NCBI GenBank assembly: GCA_951406725.2
Contig: OX597833.1
Coordinates: 42,780,001-42,844,000, forward strand
Source of the DNA: Octopus vulgaris
Taxonomy: Eukaryota
Direction: 5' to 3'
DNA: 64,000 nt
The position numbers and the translations under genes are program-made. A model generated the notes under the pieces. That model was not told the DNA's origin. It saw only the letters and a list, made by a program, of their open reading frames with translations, and made no database searches. How positions within the stretch are numbered: the first letter of the stretch is position 1; every line of letters begins with the position of its first letter. Below are positions 53,106-64,000 of this stretch, one piece after another.

Positions 53106-53552
53106 CTAATATATAGTTATGGAAGATCCTGGAGAGGCATGTTCCAAACATCGGCATTAAAGCGAATTTTAATGCTTGAACTGGTATGCCATCTTCAAAC
53201 TCACGGACAAAAATGCTCTACTGTACCAGTCTAATATTCAGATGTCCTCAATTATTCAACTGCTTACCCAAAGAGATTAGAAATATAAAGGGGGGCTTTA
53301 CTGAAACCTTAAAAAGAAAGCATTGAATGAACTCTTAATGACGATACCGGTCCGGCCAACCATTCAAGGATACACTCAGTGGGGACCAACAGCTATAAAC
53401 TTGATCATTGACCAACTTTATATCTATAAAACTTTCACTCATAAATCATAAACAACAAAGATAAAAACAAAACAAAACAAACTAAGGCGGTGCTCCAGCA
53501 TGAACACAGTCCGGTGACTGAAACCATTAAGACAACAAAAGAATAAAAGAAT
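51630..53552 (+). mobile_element. Disabled, 5'-truncated CR1-like LINE (RT domain to 3' tail), interrupted at about 52207-52705
   Basis: QYGFRTERGCLTQLL, LDFAKVFDKID, SGIPQGTILGTLLF, YVNDTK (decayed FADD), LQDDL, NLGIIMS, GWILRTF, EGLQRTFT and LYSLECRRERY. Confidence 0.92.
52207..52705. mobile_element. Unclassified ~500-bp GC-richer insertion within the CR1-like LINE (possibly a solo LTR)
   Basis: The LINE frame ...QLLYM resumes as LPDDSLIQSTNDMQNLG after the block; internal TATTTAAA; no clear TSD. Confidence 0.5.
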
Positions 53553-53741
53553 TATGGAAGAATCATTCCGACAAGTTTAAAAGTAGTGAAAACAATCTTA
53601 CAAATTTTAACTTATAACTCAATAAACAAAAAAAAAATCTTGCTTTTAATCGTTGTGTTTCTTTGGAGAATTGAAGATTATGGAACTAGTGTTTATGGAC
53701 AAACACTTCTTTCTCTCTCTCTCTGAGCGTCTGTCTGTTTA

Positions 53742-53777
<36 letters not shown>

Positions 53778-53830
53778 TATATACCGCCCCACAGACAAAC
53801 ATACACACATAGATACAAACACACACACAG

Positions 53831-53889
<59 letters not shown>

Positions 53890-54195
53890 TGTAGCAAAAC
53901 AATAGGGGAGAGTTTCTTCATATTATTTATTTATACTTATTTAGCTATTAAATATTTAACTGAACATGTAACTAAATATTTTATGAACAAACTTTCTTGT
54001 TTTCTTATGCTCTGTATATGTACTCTATGGCCTATCTATTAACTGTATTGCCCAACCAAATAAATCTCGGTGTCCTCAAAGTTTCCCATTGGGTATTCCG
54101 GAACATACATGAACTTCTAAATATTTACTTGCTGTACAATAAAAAGTTAGATCGCACTACATACATACGTATGTATGTTTATCTCTCTCTCTCTC

Positions 54196-54269
<74 letters not shown>

Positions 54270-54871
54270 TAAATATATATATATGCATATATATATATAT
54301 ATATACGTATATATTTTCATTAAGTGTATAAATGTATACACGTACTTACACGCACACACACTTACCTACGCGCACACACACTCACACATGTGTATGCATG
54401 CGTTTATATATATATATATATATAAATATATATATCAAATATAGATAATAATAATAAAAAGTATGGAGGCTTGTACATCCACAAAATTGATTTACTTTTT
54501 GGTTATATACAGCACGTTATAATGACCTACACGTGTTTCCGTTGCAGCTACATCTCACAGTTGCAAATGCAACAGCTAACATTTTGTAAACATTTGTAAA
54601 CCATAGAGACCCCCTAATCTCGCCCACGTGAGTATAAAGAAACAAGTAAAAGCAAAGAAGAATGAGAACATAGGGCATAATCAATGAGTGACAAGCTCTG
54701 GAGAGAATAGCAAGGATTCGATCGAGAATGAACTACATGCGAAAGTGAATAGCCTAAGCAATAGCGGAAGCCTTAGTACACTGTACATTAGAAATTAAGA
54801 AGACTACCCCATACACACACACACTCAGAACGCATCTAAGAGATACAATAATAAGCGATCCGCACATCTAG

Positions 54872-54912
<41 letters not shown>

Positions 54913-54918
<6 letters not shown>

Positions 54919-55292
54919 GGAAGTTGTCTGTGTATCGCAGGTTGGTAGCCTTCAACTAACACTATCTCCTCCGAGACCCTGCAGCGCAAATTGACCAGCA
55001 TTGAGAGTATGATAGAAGAAGGCTTGCCCTTCCTTCCGTAGAAGAAAAAAATTCAAATCGGACCATGTTAAGACCAAAAATTATTTACATCAAAACGGTG
55101 CTTTTTTTCTATGAAAATCCCTATTTTTTGCGATTTTTTGACTACTGTGTCACCATCTTTCGATGTATTTCAACCAGAAAAATGTTCACTTAAAGAGAAT
55201 AACAAGCTACATAATGCAAAATTTTTACTTTTCAAAAATTCCAATTCTAAAGGGTCGAAACAAACCCGAGCAACGCCGGGCGATACTGCTAG
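54913..55292 (+). mobile_element. Non-autonomous Helitron (copy 1)
   Basis: 3' hairpin CCCGAGCAACGCCGGG followed 8 nt later by CTAG|T; 5' end lies in a (TA)n array. Confidence 0.82.
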
Positions 55293-55310
55293 TATATATA
55301 TATATATATA

Positions 55311-55823
55311 TCTATATATATAAAACTGTAGTTGTGTGAGTGTCTGTCCCCTTCGATTTAGATTCCTAACTACTCCCACATTTTGCGGTGCAGTTTAACC
55401 AAATTCGGGTATCTTATAGTCGTGATTCATATCGAGCCCTTCTGGGTATTAGTGCGCGTCTACGATGAGTCTACGATTTTAAAAATAATTTAACATCATT
55501 TTTTATTCCATTTTAATGCATATTTTTTCGTGTGTCGATGGCGGCGGAGTTGGCGTCCACGCTCACACCTGCACCTGTTTGCTTCTCCCCTTCTTCCCTC
55601 CCTCGTGAAACTGTGGGGAAGGGAGTGTAAGGAAATCAACGTCGTAATGCGTTGTCAAGGAGACCAGCGTTCTTTTAGAACAACGACTTCATGGCTTGAA
55701 GTCGCCAAAACAGAAATCGCTAAAAAAGCTGAAACAGATCCACAAAAACGGCAATTACCGCCACACAGGCAGGTTTCCTGTGCAAACAATTTGCACAACC
55801 GAATGTTTTAGTTGTTGCACAAA
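55311..55823 (+). mobile_element. Helitron 5' portion (copy 2, no 3' end of its own)
   Basis: A|TCTATATATATAAAA start; first ~200 bp nearly identical to copy 3. Confidence 0.75.
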
Positions 55824-56319
55824 TCTTTATATATAAAAGCAAGGTTGTGTGTCTGTCTCCTACGATTTAGATTCCTAACTACTCCCACATTTTGCGGTGC
55901 AGTGTAACCCAAACCGGGTATCTTATAGTCGTGATTCATATCGAGCCCTTCTGGGTATTAGCGCGCGTCTACGATGAGTCTACGATTTAAAAAAAAAATT
56001 ACCATCATTTTTTATTCCATTTTAATGCATTTTTCGCTATTATATAAGGGAAGTAACTCTCTAAAAATGTCTACGATGAGTCAACGATTAAAAAAAAAAT
56101 TACCATCATTTTTTATTCCATTTTAATGCATTTTTCGCTATTATATAAGGGAAGTAACTCTCTAAAAATGTCTACGATGACTCAACGATTTAAAAAAAAT
56201 TACCATCATTTTTTATTCCATTTTTTGCATTTTTTGCTATTTTTTTGCTATAACTCACTAAAAATGCTTATATAGTTATTTCCCTTACAAACCCGAGCAA
56301 CGCCGGGCGATACTGCTAG
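55824..56319 (+). mobile_element. Non-autonomous Helitron (copy 3) with internal ~101-bp tandem repeat
   Basis: A|TCTTTATATATAAAA ... CCCGAGCAACGCCGGG...CTAG|T; repeat units start at 55968, 56070 and 56171. Confidence 0.87.
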
Positions 56320-56342
56320 TATATATATATATATGTACATGC

Positions 56343-56947
<605 letters not shown>

Positions 56948-57309
56948 TCCAAATATCCACAAATAAATATAACCTCATCCAAGAATAAAAAATATATAAC
57001 AATATATAAAAAAAAACAGTAAAATAAATATATATCAACATCAAAACAACCATCACAATAACCAAATAAAATATTAAAGAAAAATTAAATTGTATTATAC
57101 ATATTTTATTGTGATTTTAACAAATAGAAACGAAAATAACATTATATGCAATATATATATATATATACATACAAAATAAAAATTAATTCTAAAAAAAAAT
57201 TTAAATATTTATTAATCACAATTCCGGTCTTTCAAAATGTGACCTCGTGTGTACCGTTGGCGATTTTTTTTCCTCTGTCTTCCCTACTCTGGATCTTTCC
57301 TTCTCCTAT

Positions 57310-57344
57310 GTTTCCGACGAAGAGCTCCGCTCGAAACATTAAAC
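57310..57344 (+). ncRNA. Minimal hammerhead variant
   Basis: GUUU-CCGACGA-a-GAGC ucc GCUC-GAAA-CA-UU-AAAC. Confidence 0.6.
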
Positions 57345-57440
57345 CCTCCTCTTTTCCTTCTTTCCTGAGCGTCCAATAATACTATATTTGTTCCACGTCC
57401 TCGCGCTGTTGTGTTTTTTTGTGCTTTCTTGTTTGGATTA

Positions 57441-57487
<47 letters not shown>

Positions 57488-57489
57488 AC

Positions 57490-57642
57490 AAGATACTGTG
57501 ATAGCCTGGGCTTCCGAGGCCCACAGCTCATGCACTAAATGGCAGTTGCTAAAAAGCATTCGTGAAGTAAAACCATGTAGCAACACCAAATGGCGGTGCC
57601 GCAGCATGGCCACAGCTCGTGAGCTGAAACGAGAATCAATCA
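57490..57642 (+). mobile_element. CR1-like LINE 3' end fragment
   Basis: Ends GGCGGTGCCGCAGCATGGCCACAGCTCGTGAGCTGAAAC, the same stem-loop type as 53484-53524. Confidence 0.65.
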
Positions 57643-57657
57643 ATATATATATATATA

Positions 57658-57688
<31 letters not shown>

Positions 57689-58520
57689 ATTGTATGTATG
57701 TACACATAAACATATATACTTTCTACATACTTACTACAAATAGTTGAGTGACAAGTCTCTTTTACAGAACATAGCAGATATATTTTGAAGACAGCGCTAT
57801 ATTCTGGAATTAAAGTGAACACTGTTTTTTTTAATCGGTGCTTTATACACATATACAGTTGTGTCTATGAGTGTGTGTATGTGTTTGTGAGTACGCATAT
57901 ATGCATTTATGTATCTATATCTACATCTGTATATGCACTCGCTCACACATACACACACACATATGCATGTGTGTGTGCGGATGTATCTGTATATGTGCAT
58001 ATTTATGTTCATGCAAAATGATTCAATATAAACAAATACGAGTGTTCATACATAAGTGAATATGCATATACATGCATGTTTATTTTTATGCACGTGATTG
58101 TGTATATTAATGTTCATGTTTGTATACAGAAATGTTGTAATGATTCAGCTGTTAACGTGCCTTTATGGGAATGGTTGTGAATATATTCTTGTATAACAGT
58201 CGTTAAGATTGGAATGTTCTGTTGGCAACCGCTTTTGTATGACGTTTTGCAAGCATCGTCAATTTTTAAGCAAAATGAGCCTCCGTATGCAGGGCTAGCA
58301 ATGCTGGCAAGACTGTTACTGATTAAACATGCATGTTCATAAAGCAGCACACGAATAACTGATTGGTTGGGAATTAATTCACTTAATTCACGCGTCAGGT
58401 TATATTGCGTTGGTAAGCAGGTGTTATCGCCAAGCCATTTAATGTAGATTGCCTTTTTCTAGGAGGTAACAGCACACGCTTTCGAGATACGGCTTATGGT
58501 AGATATTTTCTGGAAATTCT

Positions 58521-58902
58521 TTTCTACTCTGGGCACAAGGCCTGAAATTTTGGGGAGGGGAACAGTCGATTAGATCGACCCCAGTGCGCAACGGTACATA
58601 ATTTATCGAACCCGAAATGATGAAAGGCAAATCGACCTCGGCGAAATTTGAACTCAGAACGTAAAGACAGACGAAATACCTATTTCTTTACTACTCACAA
58701 GGGGCTAAACACAGAGAGGACAAACAAGGACAGACAAACAGATTAAGTCGATTATATCGACCCCAGAGCGTAACTGGTACTTATTTAGGATGAAAGACAA
58801 AGTCGACCTCGGCAGAATTTGAACTCAGAACGTAGCGGCAGACGAAATACCGCTAAGCATTTCGCCCGACCTGCTAACGTTTCTGCCAGCTCGCGACCTT
58901 GC
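58521..58902 (-). mobile_element. SINE family A dimer flanked by one 17-bp TSD
   Basis: TSD tattttctggaaattct at 58504-58520 and 58903-58919. Confidence 0.92.
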
Positions 58903-59490
58903 TATTTTCTGGAAATTCTGCTGCTACTGTCATGAGCCTCAAAATGTTTACCTTGTCCCACGAGAAGCAATCCCAAACAAGTTATAGTTTGTATTATTTG
59001 GAAAATAATACTACAAAACGAGAAATGTTTTATACATTCATATCTTCAATTACTCAATTCGCAACATCTGTTGTGAGTTGTGTACTTTTCACGGAGTAAT
59101 ACTCGAATGACCTACACGCCATTTAGTCTTAATGACACTATTTGAAGACATTTTCACGTAATTATATCTTGTGTTAAAACAGCGAAATACTCGTTTCTCT
59201 TTCTCTTGTTTCTTGAAGCTATAAATCACAGGAATCGGCATTGCAAAAACAAAAAAACAAATAAACAAACAAACAAACTAAAAAAGAAAAACAGCTATTG
59301 TCTGTTGACAACAAAAGAACAAACAAAAGAACAAAAACATATTAACTTAAACATATTAAATTACTGAAAGACAGCGATGTTTCAAACTGAACTTCCGGTC
59401 CCATATAACACTGTAGTGGAAACTGTCGTAAAAATGCGCCGTTAAACAGGAGAAAAACACCCTACCCACGTCTTTGAGCGTTTTCATCTG

Positions 59491-59492
<2 letters not shown>

Positions 59493-59522
<30 letters not shown>

Positions 59523-59830
59523 CTTCTTCTTCTTCTTCTTCTTCTTCTTCTTCTTCTTCTTCTTCTTCTTCTTCTTCTTCTTCTTCTTCTTCTTCTTCCT
59601 CCTCTTTTTCTTCTTGCTTTTCCTTCTTCTCATTCTCAGTCTTCTCCTTCTCCTTCTTCTTCTTATCCTTCTCCTCCTCCGTTCTTTCTTTCTTGCTTTC
59701 TTTCTTTCTTGCTTTCTTTCTTTCTTCTTTATCATCATCGCTTACATATTCTCTTTTTCTCTCTTACTCTATCAATACATCATTACTACCACCGCCACCG
59801 CCGCCGCCACCACCACCACCACCACCACCG
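59493..59830. repeat. (CTT)n, (CTTT)n and (CCA/CCG)n repeats
   Basis: Direct repeats. Confidence 0.93.
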
Positions 59831-60039
59831 CTATCGTCACTGGCTGTTTTTTTCCTTTGATACTCGATGTACAAGAAGCCATTGAGAGTTGTACTTCCCA
59901 TGACAAAGATATTAAAATCGTCTGAGAGGCTCGTTTGGAAAAACTATTACGATTATTCTTAAATCGTTATCGTAAAGATATATGAGATATTCATTGGAAT
60001 TAAAGAAACTATAACAATAGTCGTAATCACCACCACTTC

Positions 60040-60056
60040 TGCCATCATCATCGTCG

Positions 60057-60092
<36 letters not shown>

Positions 60093-60331
60093 CTATCGCT
60101 GTCATCGTCAGCAGCAGCATTGTTGTCGTATAGTCATCATCATCGCCATCATTATCGTCATCATCGTCATCACCATCATCACTACTATCCCTCTTCTCCT
60201 CCCCTCCTCCCCCTCCTCCTCCTCCTCCTCTTCTCTTCCTCACTGCCATTGTCATCAGTGTTGTTATTAAGATCCTCCTCCTCCTCATCATCATCATCAT
60301 CATCATCCTCACCATCATCATCATCATCATT

Positions 60332-60393
<62 letters not shown>

Positions 60394-60394
60394 T

Positions 60395-60455
<61 letters not shown>
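60040..60455. repeat. (CAT)n/(CCT)n compound repeat
   Basis: Direct repeat. Confidence 0.95.
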
Positions 60456-60456
<1 letters not shown>

Positions 60457-60469
60457 GATCGGATTGAAT

Positions 60470-60900
60470 AGGGAAGAGTCGGTGGATCACCTAACAGAAG
60501 TGTACGATTGGTTCAGACGTTTCCAAGGTGGCCGAAAAAATGTCTGTAGTGACGAACGGTCTGGGAGACCCGCAACCAGCAGAACTGAGAAAAACATCTC
60601 TGATGTGCGTGCAGCCGTGAGGGGAAATCGTCGAATCACCACCAGTGAGTTATCAGAGGATGTGCAGATTAATTACAGTCCAGTTCAGTCGATTTGGGTA
60701 TCACTGATGATTTGGGTGTTTGTTAAGTTTGTACCAACACTGCTTTCTGCTGACAACGCACTTGCCCATTCAGCGCAGCTTGTGCAGCAGTTTCTGGCTA
60801 GACACATCATTCCCCAGGTTCAACAGCCTCCGTATTCTCCAGATCTCACCCCTAACAACTTATTCCTCTTTCCAAAAATCAAATCCCGCTTTATGAGGAT
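60470..60900 (+). mobile_element. Internally deleted mariner transposase remnant
   Basis: VYDWFRRFQGGR...DERSGRP...NRRIT...KFVPTLL is joined directly to DNALAH...PPYSPDLTP..LFLFPKIK; the first catalytic D region is missing. Confidence 0.9.
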
Positions 60901-61015
60901 GTTAAAAGACAGGGGAGGTATATAATACATGCTCCTGGTTTATAAGAAGCGTAAGGTTTTTAACTCAGGATAAAAAAATGTAGTGTATTATAAATAAAGA
61001 ATACAAGAGTAAAGA

Positions 61016-61302
61016 TTTAGTGGAATTTATAAAAAGGGTATCTATTATCTTGGCATGGAGATAATTTTTCGACCCTTTCATTTAATAGTATTTTAATAGT
61101 GAAAAGAATTCTATAGCGTTCAGTTGTACATAGGTCACAGCAATTATCTGGACTTTTAAAACTAATCTTCTTATATATTTCATTGCCAGATAAATATACT
61201 CAGGCTAATTAACGAATGTTTGTTAGGATTTCGAAAACTAAGTTCATGGTTGGCGAGCCTAGCCTTGCTAAAGGTTTTGCAAGAACCGATATAAGAATAT
61301 TC
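61016..61302 (-). mobile_element. Penelope-like GIY-YIG remnant truncated by a SINE
   Basis: YIGSCKTFSKARLANHELSFRN...LSIFIWQ, then in a shifted frame CDLCTTERYRIL...LLNERVEKLSPC. Confidence 0.8.
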
Positions 61303-61451
61303 TGTGATAAGAAGTTTGCTTCCGAAGTACATAACTTCTTGTTCAGTCCCACTACGTGGCATCATGGGCAAGTGTTATATTCTGCTGTAGCTCCGGGCCA
61401 ATAAAAGACTTGTAAGTGGATTTAGTAGACGGAAACTGAAAGAAGCCCGTC

Positions 61452-61453
<2 letters not shown>
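61303..61453 (+). mobile_element. SINE family B 5' half (diverged)
   Basis: gttcagtcccactacgtggca...gacggaaactgaaagaagcccgtcg. Confidence 0.85.
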
Positions 61454-61486
<33 letters not shown>

Positions 61487-61489
<3 letters not shown>

Positions 61490-61887
61490 TTTTACTCTCT
61501 TTTACTTGTTTCAGTCATTTGACTGTGGCCATGCTGGAGCACCGCCTTTAGTCGAGCAAATCGACTCCAGGACTTATTCTTTGTAAGCCTAGTACTTATT
61601 CTGTCGTTCTTTTAAACCGAACCGCTAAGTTACGGGGATGCAAACACACCACCATCACTTGTCAAGCGATGTTGGGGGGACAAACACAGACAGTCAAACG
61701 TATACACGCACGCATACACATATATATACGACGGGCTTCTTTCAGTTTCCGTCTACCAAATCCACTCACGAGGATTTGGTCGTCCCGAGGCTATAGTAGA
61801 AGACACTTTCCCAAGGTGCTACGCAGTGGGACTGAACCCGGAACCATGTACTTGGTAAACAGCCTACTTATCACACAGCCACTCCTA
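61487..61887 (-). mobile_element. SINE family B, full length
   Basis: Reverse-complement match. Confidence 0.92.
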
Positions 61888-61888
61888 T

Positions 61889-61969
<81 letters not shown>

Positions 61970-62540
61970 CTTTATGTATGTATATATATATATATATATG
62001 TAGGCATGTATGTATGTATTATGTATGTGAGTATGTGTGAGTGTTTGTGTGCGCGTGACTATGTGTGTTGTGTCTATTCCACACCCAACGATTGAAAACC
62101 GGTGGTGATTTGTTTACGATATTGTAACGTGACGGCTCTGCAAAAGAGACCGATAGAATAAGTATCAGAGATAAGGACAACTACGTACTGAGGTCAGTGT
62201 ATCAGTCAAAAACCTCTGAAGGCGGTGCCTCAGTCTAATCACGAAAACAGGGAAAGGATACAGGATGAAGATCACTTTCAGTTAATCTAATCGTTCTTCA
62301 TCCAAGTCAATGTTGTTGTTGTTCTAGTTATTGTGGTTTAGACCTAACTCAGCCTTCATCGAGCTAACATATGATCCAAGGGTTTCCCGAACATAAGCTT
62401 CCCGACATTTTATAATTACGAACGTATACATTGTTACGTATTTGATTTCGAGGTTCCTGGTTCGAAATCGTGTGTTGAAGCATATATTGTTATATTCCAA
62501 GATTATCATTTTTTTTTGTTAAATAAACACATGCACTATA

Positions 62541-62752
62541 TTCTTTCTTTTACTTGTTTCAGTCATTTGACTGCAGCCATGCTGGAGAACCGCCTCTAGT
62601 CGTGCAAATCGACCCCAGAGCTTATTATCTGTAAGCCTAGTACTTATTCTATCGGTTTATTTTTTTTACCGAACCGCTAAGTTACAGGAACGTAAAAACA
62701 CCGGCATCGGTTGTCAAGCGATGTTGGAGGGACAACAAGGACGCACAAACAC

Positions 62753-62847
<95 letters not shown>

Positions 62848-63005
62848 CTATGGGCTTCTTTCAGTTTCCGTCTACCAAATCCACTCACAAGACTTTGGTC
62901 AGCTCGAGGCTATTGTAGAGGACACTTGCCCAAGGTGCCACACAGTAGGACTGAACCTAGAACCATGTGGTTCGTAAGCAAGCTACTTACCAAACAGCCA
63001 TTCCT
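62541..63005 (-). mobile_element. SINE family B with expanded internal microsatellite
   Basis: Reverse-complement match; (CA)n(TA)n at 62745-62847. Confidence 0.92.
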
Positions 63006-63402
63006 GACTTCAGATTTATTTTCTTATTGTTCTTATTTCATGCCTTTTCTCTGAAAGTCTTTCGTCACACATCCCGTGATCTCTTCAACCACTCTCTATC
63101 CCAGGAGTGTCATCTTGTCCTGTTGTTGTTTACATTATTTAAAACGGTAGGATCTTATATCCAACAGGTCGAACAAGCGTACAGAAGCACACTCTTTGGT
63201 TTGTGTTGAAAAATTATTAACGTGACATTGTCGTTGGTAAAATGTGACGCCTGTATTAAGTATGCGTGCGTGTTCGTGTCTGTGTGTGTGTGGGAAGGGT
63301 GTATGTGTGTATGCGTGTGTGTGCACGCTCACATTTATATAAATCTCTGCTTGCCCGTATTGCTGCGTGTCAGCCTGTGGTCGAATTTGTATGTGTAAAC
63401 GA

Positions 63403-63473
<71 letters not shown>

Positions 63474-63598
63474 TGTGTGTGTGTGTGTGTGTATGCAAAA
63501 ATTTAGATTCGAATGAATATGGTACTTAATTTAGATGTACCAGAATTTTGTATGGTGTTACCCATAAAAATTTGTTGGGTGATTATAATCAAAATAAT

Positions 63599-63789
63599 CA
63601 ACAAGAATGACTCCGGTAATTTGGTACAATCGTTTCGCACTACATCATTTTATTAAATGTTGTAAGTATTACAACAGATTTAAGATGCTGAGTACTCATC
63701 AGCCAATTATCTGTTGTAATACTTACAACATTTAATAAAATGATGTAGTACGAAGCGATTGTACCAAATTACCGGAGTCATTCTTGTTG
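63599..63789. repeat. Inverted repeat, 81-bp arms and 29-bp spacer (Penelope-pLTR-like inversion)
   Basis: 63599-63679 is the reverse complement of 63709-63789 with 2 transitions. Confidence 0.93.
63621..63706 (-). ncRNA. Type I hammerhead ribozyme, intact core, long helix II
   Basis: UUGG-CUGAUGA-GUACU...(cauc/gaug, uuaaa/uuuaa, uguuguaa/uuacaaca)...AGUGC-GAAA-CG au UG-UA-CCAA; GUA triplet. Confidence 0.85.
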
Positions 63790-63828
63790 CTCATTTTGAG
63801 TATATGTGTGTGTGTGTGTGTGTGTGTG

Positions 63829-63890
<62 letters not shown>

Positions 63891-64000
63891 GTACGTGTAC
63901 ATGTCTGTAAATTTCGGTGTGCCCTATGCGTGATTGCGTATGTTTGTGAATGCGAGCCGGCCAGTGTTTGCGTTTTCGTATGTGTGTGTGTTTGTTTGTT

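Noticed and set aside
60455-60925. Functional mariner or SETMAR-like gene
   Set aside because: An internal deletion removes much of the catalytic domain, and the ATG comes from the (CAT)n repeat edge.

Overview
AT-rich, microsatellite-saturated animal intronic or intergenic DNA. The repeat make-up suggests an octopus/coleoid cephalopod genome, which is an inference. No intact host protein-coding gene is supported: nearly all ORFs in the track are translations of simple repeats, and the few protein-like ones are transposon fossils. Mobile elements found: a near-full-length but disabled Penelope-like element (RT + C-terminal GIY-YIG, about 39.6-42.2 kb) and two further GIY-YIG 3' remnants; a CR1-like LINE; two R4/Dong-like RLE LINE fossils; RTE-derived pieces; maT (DD37D), mariner, DUF4817-type and Tigger-like transposase remnants; hAT and mariner MITEs; a stack of non-autonomous Helitrons; and many tRNA-derived SINEs of at least four families. 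The most notable hidden signal is a set of about 10 mutually unrelated type I hammerhead-ribozyme motifs, found by eye. Those at 30313-30376 and 63621-63706 have intact cores and three helices, and two lie within inverted repeats typical of Penelope pLTR remnants. One tRNA-SINE also contains a candidate HDV-like ribozyme fold. Two LINE/non-autonomous partner pairs can be read from shared 3' tails. All calls come from manual reading, translation and folding; element boundaries are approximate.
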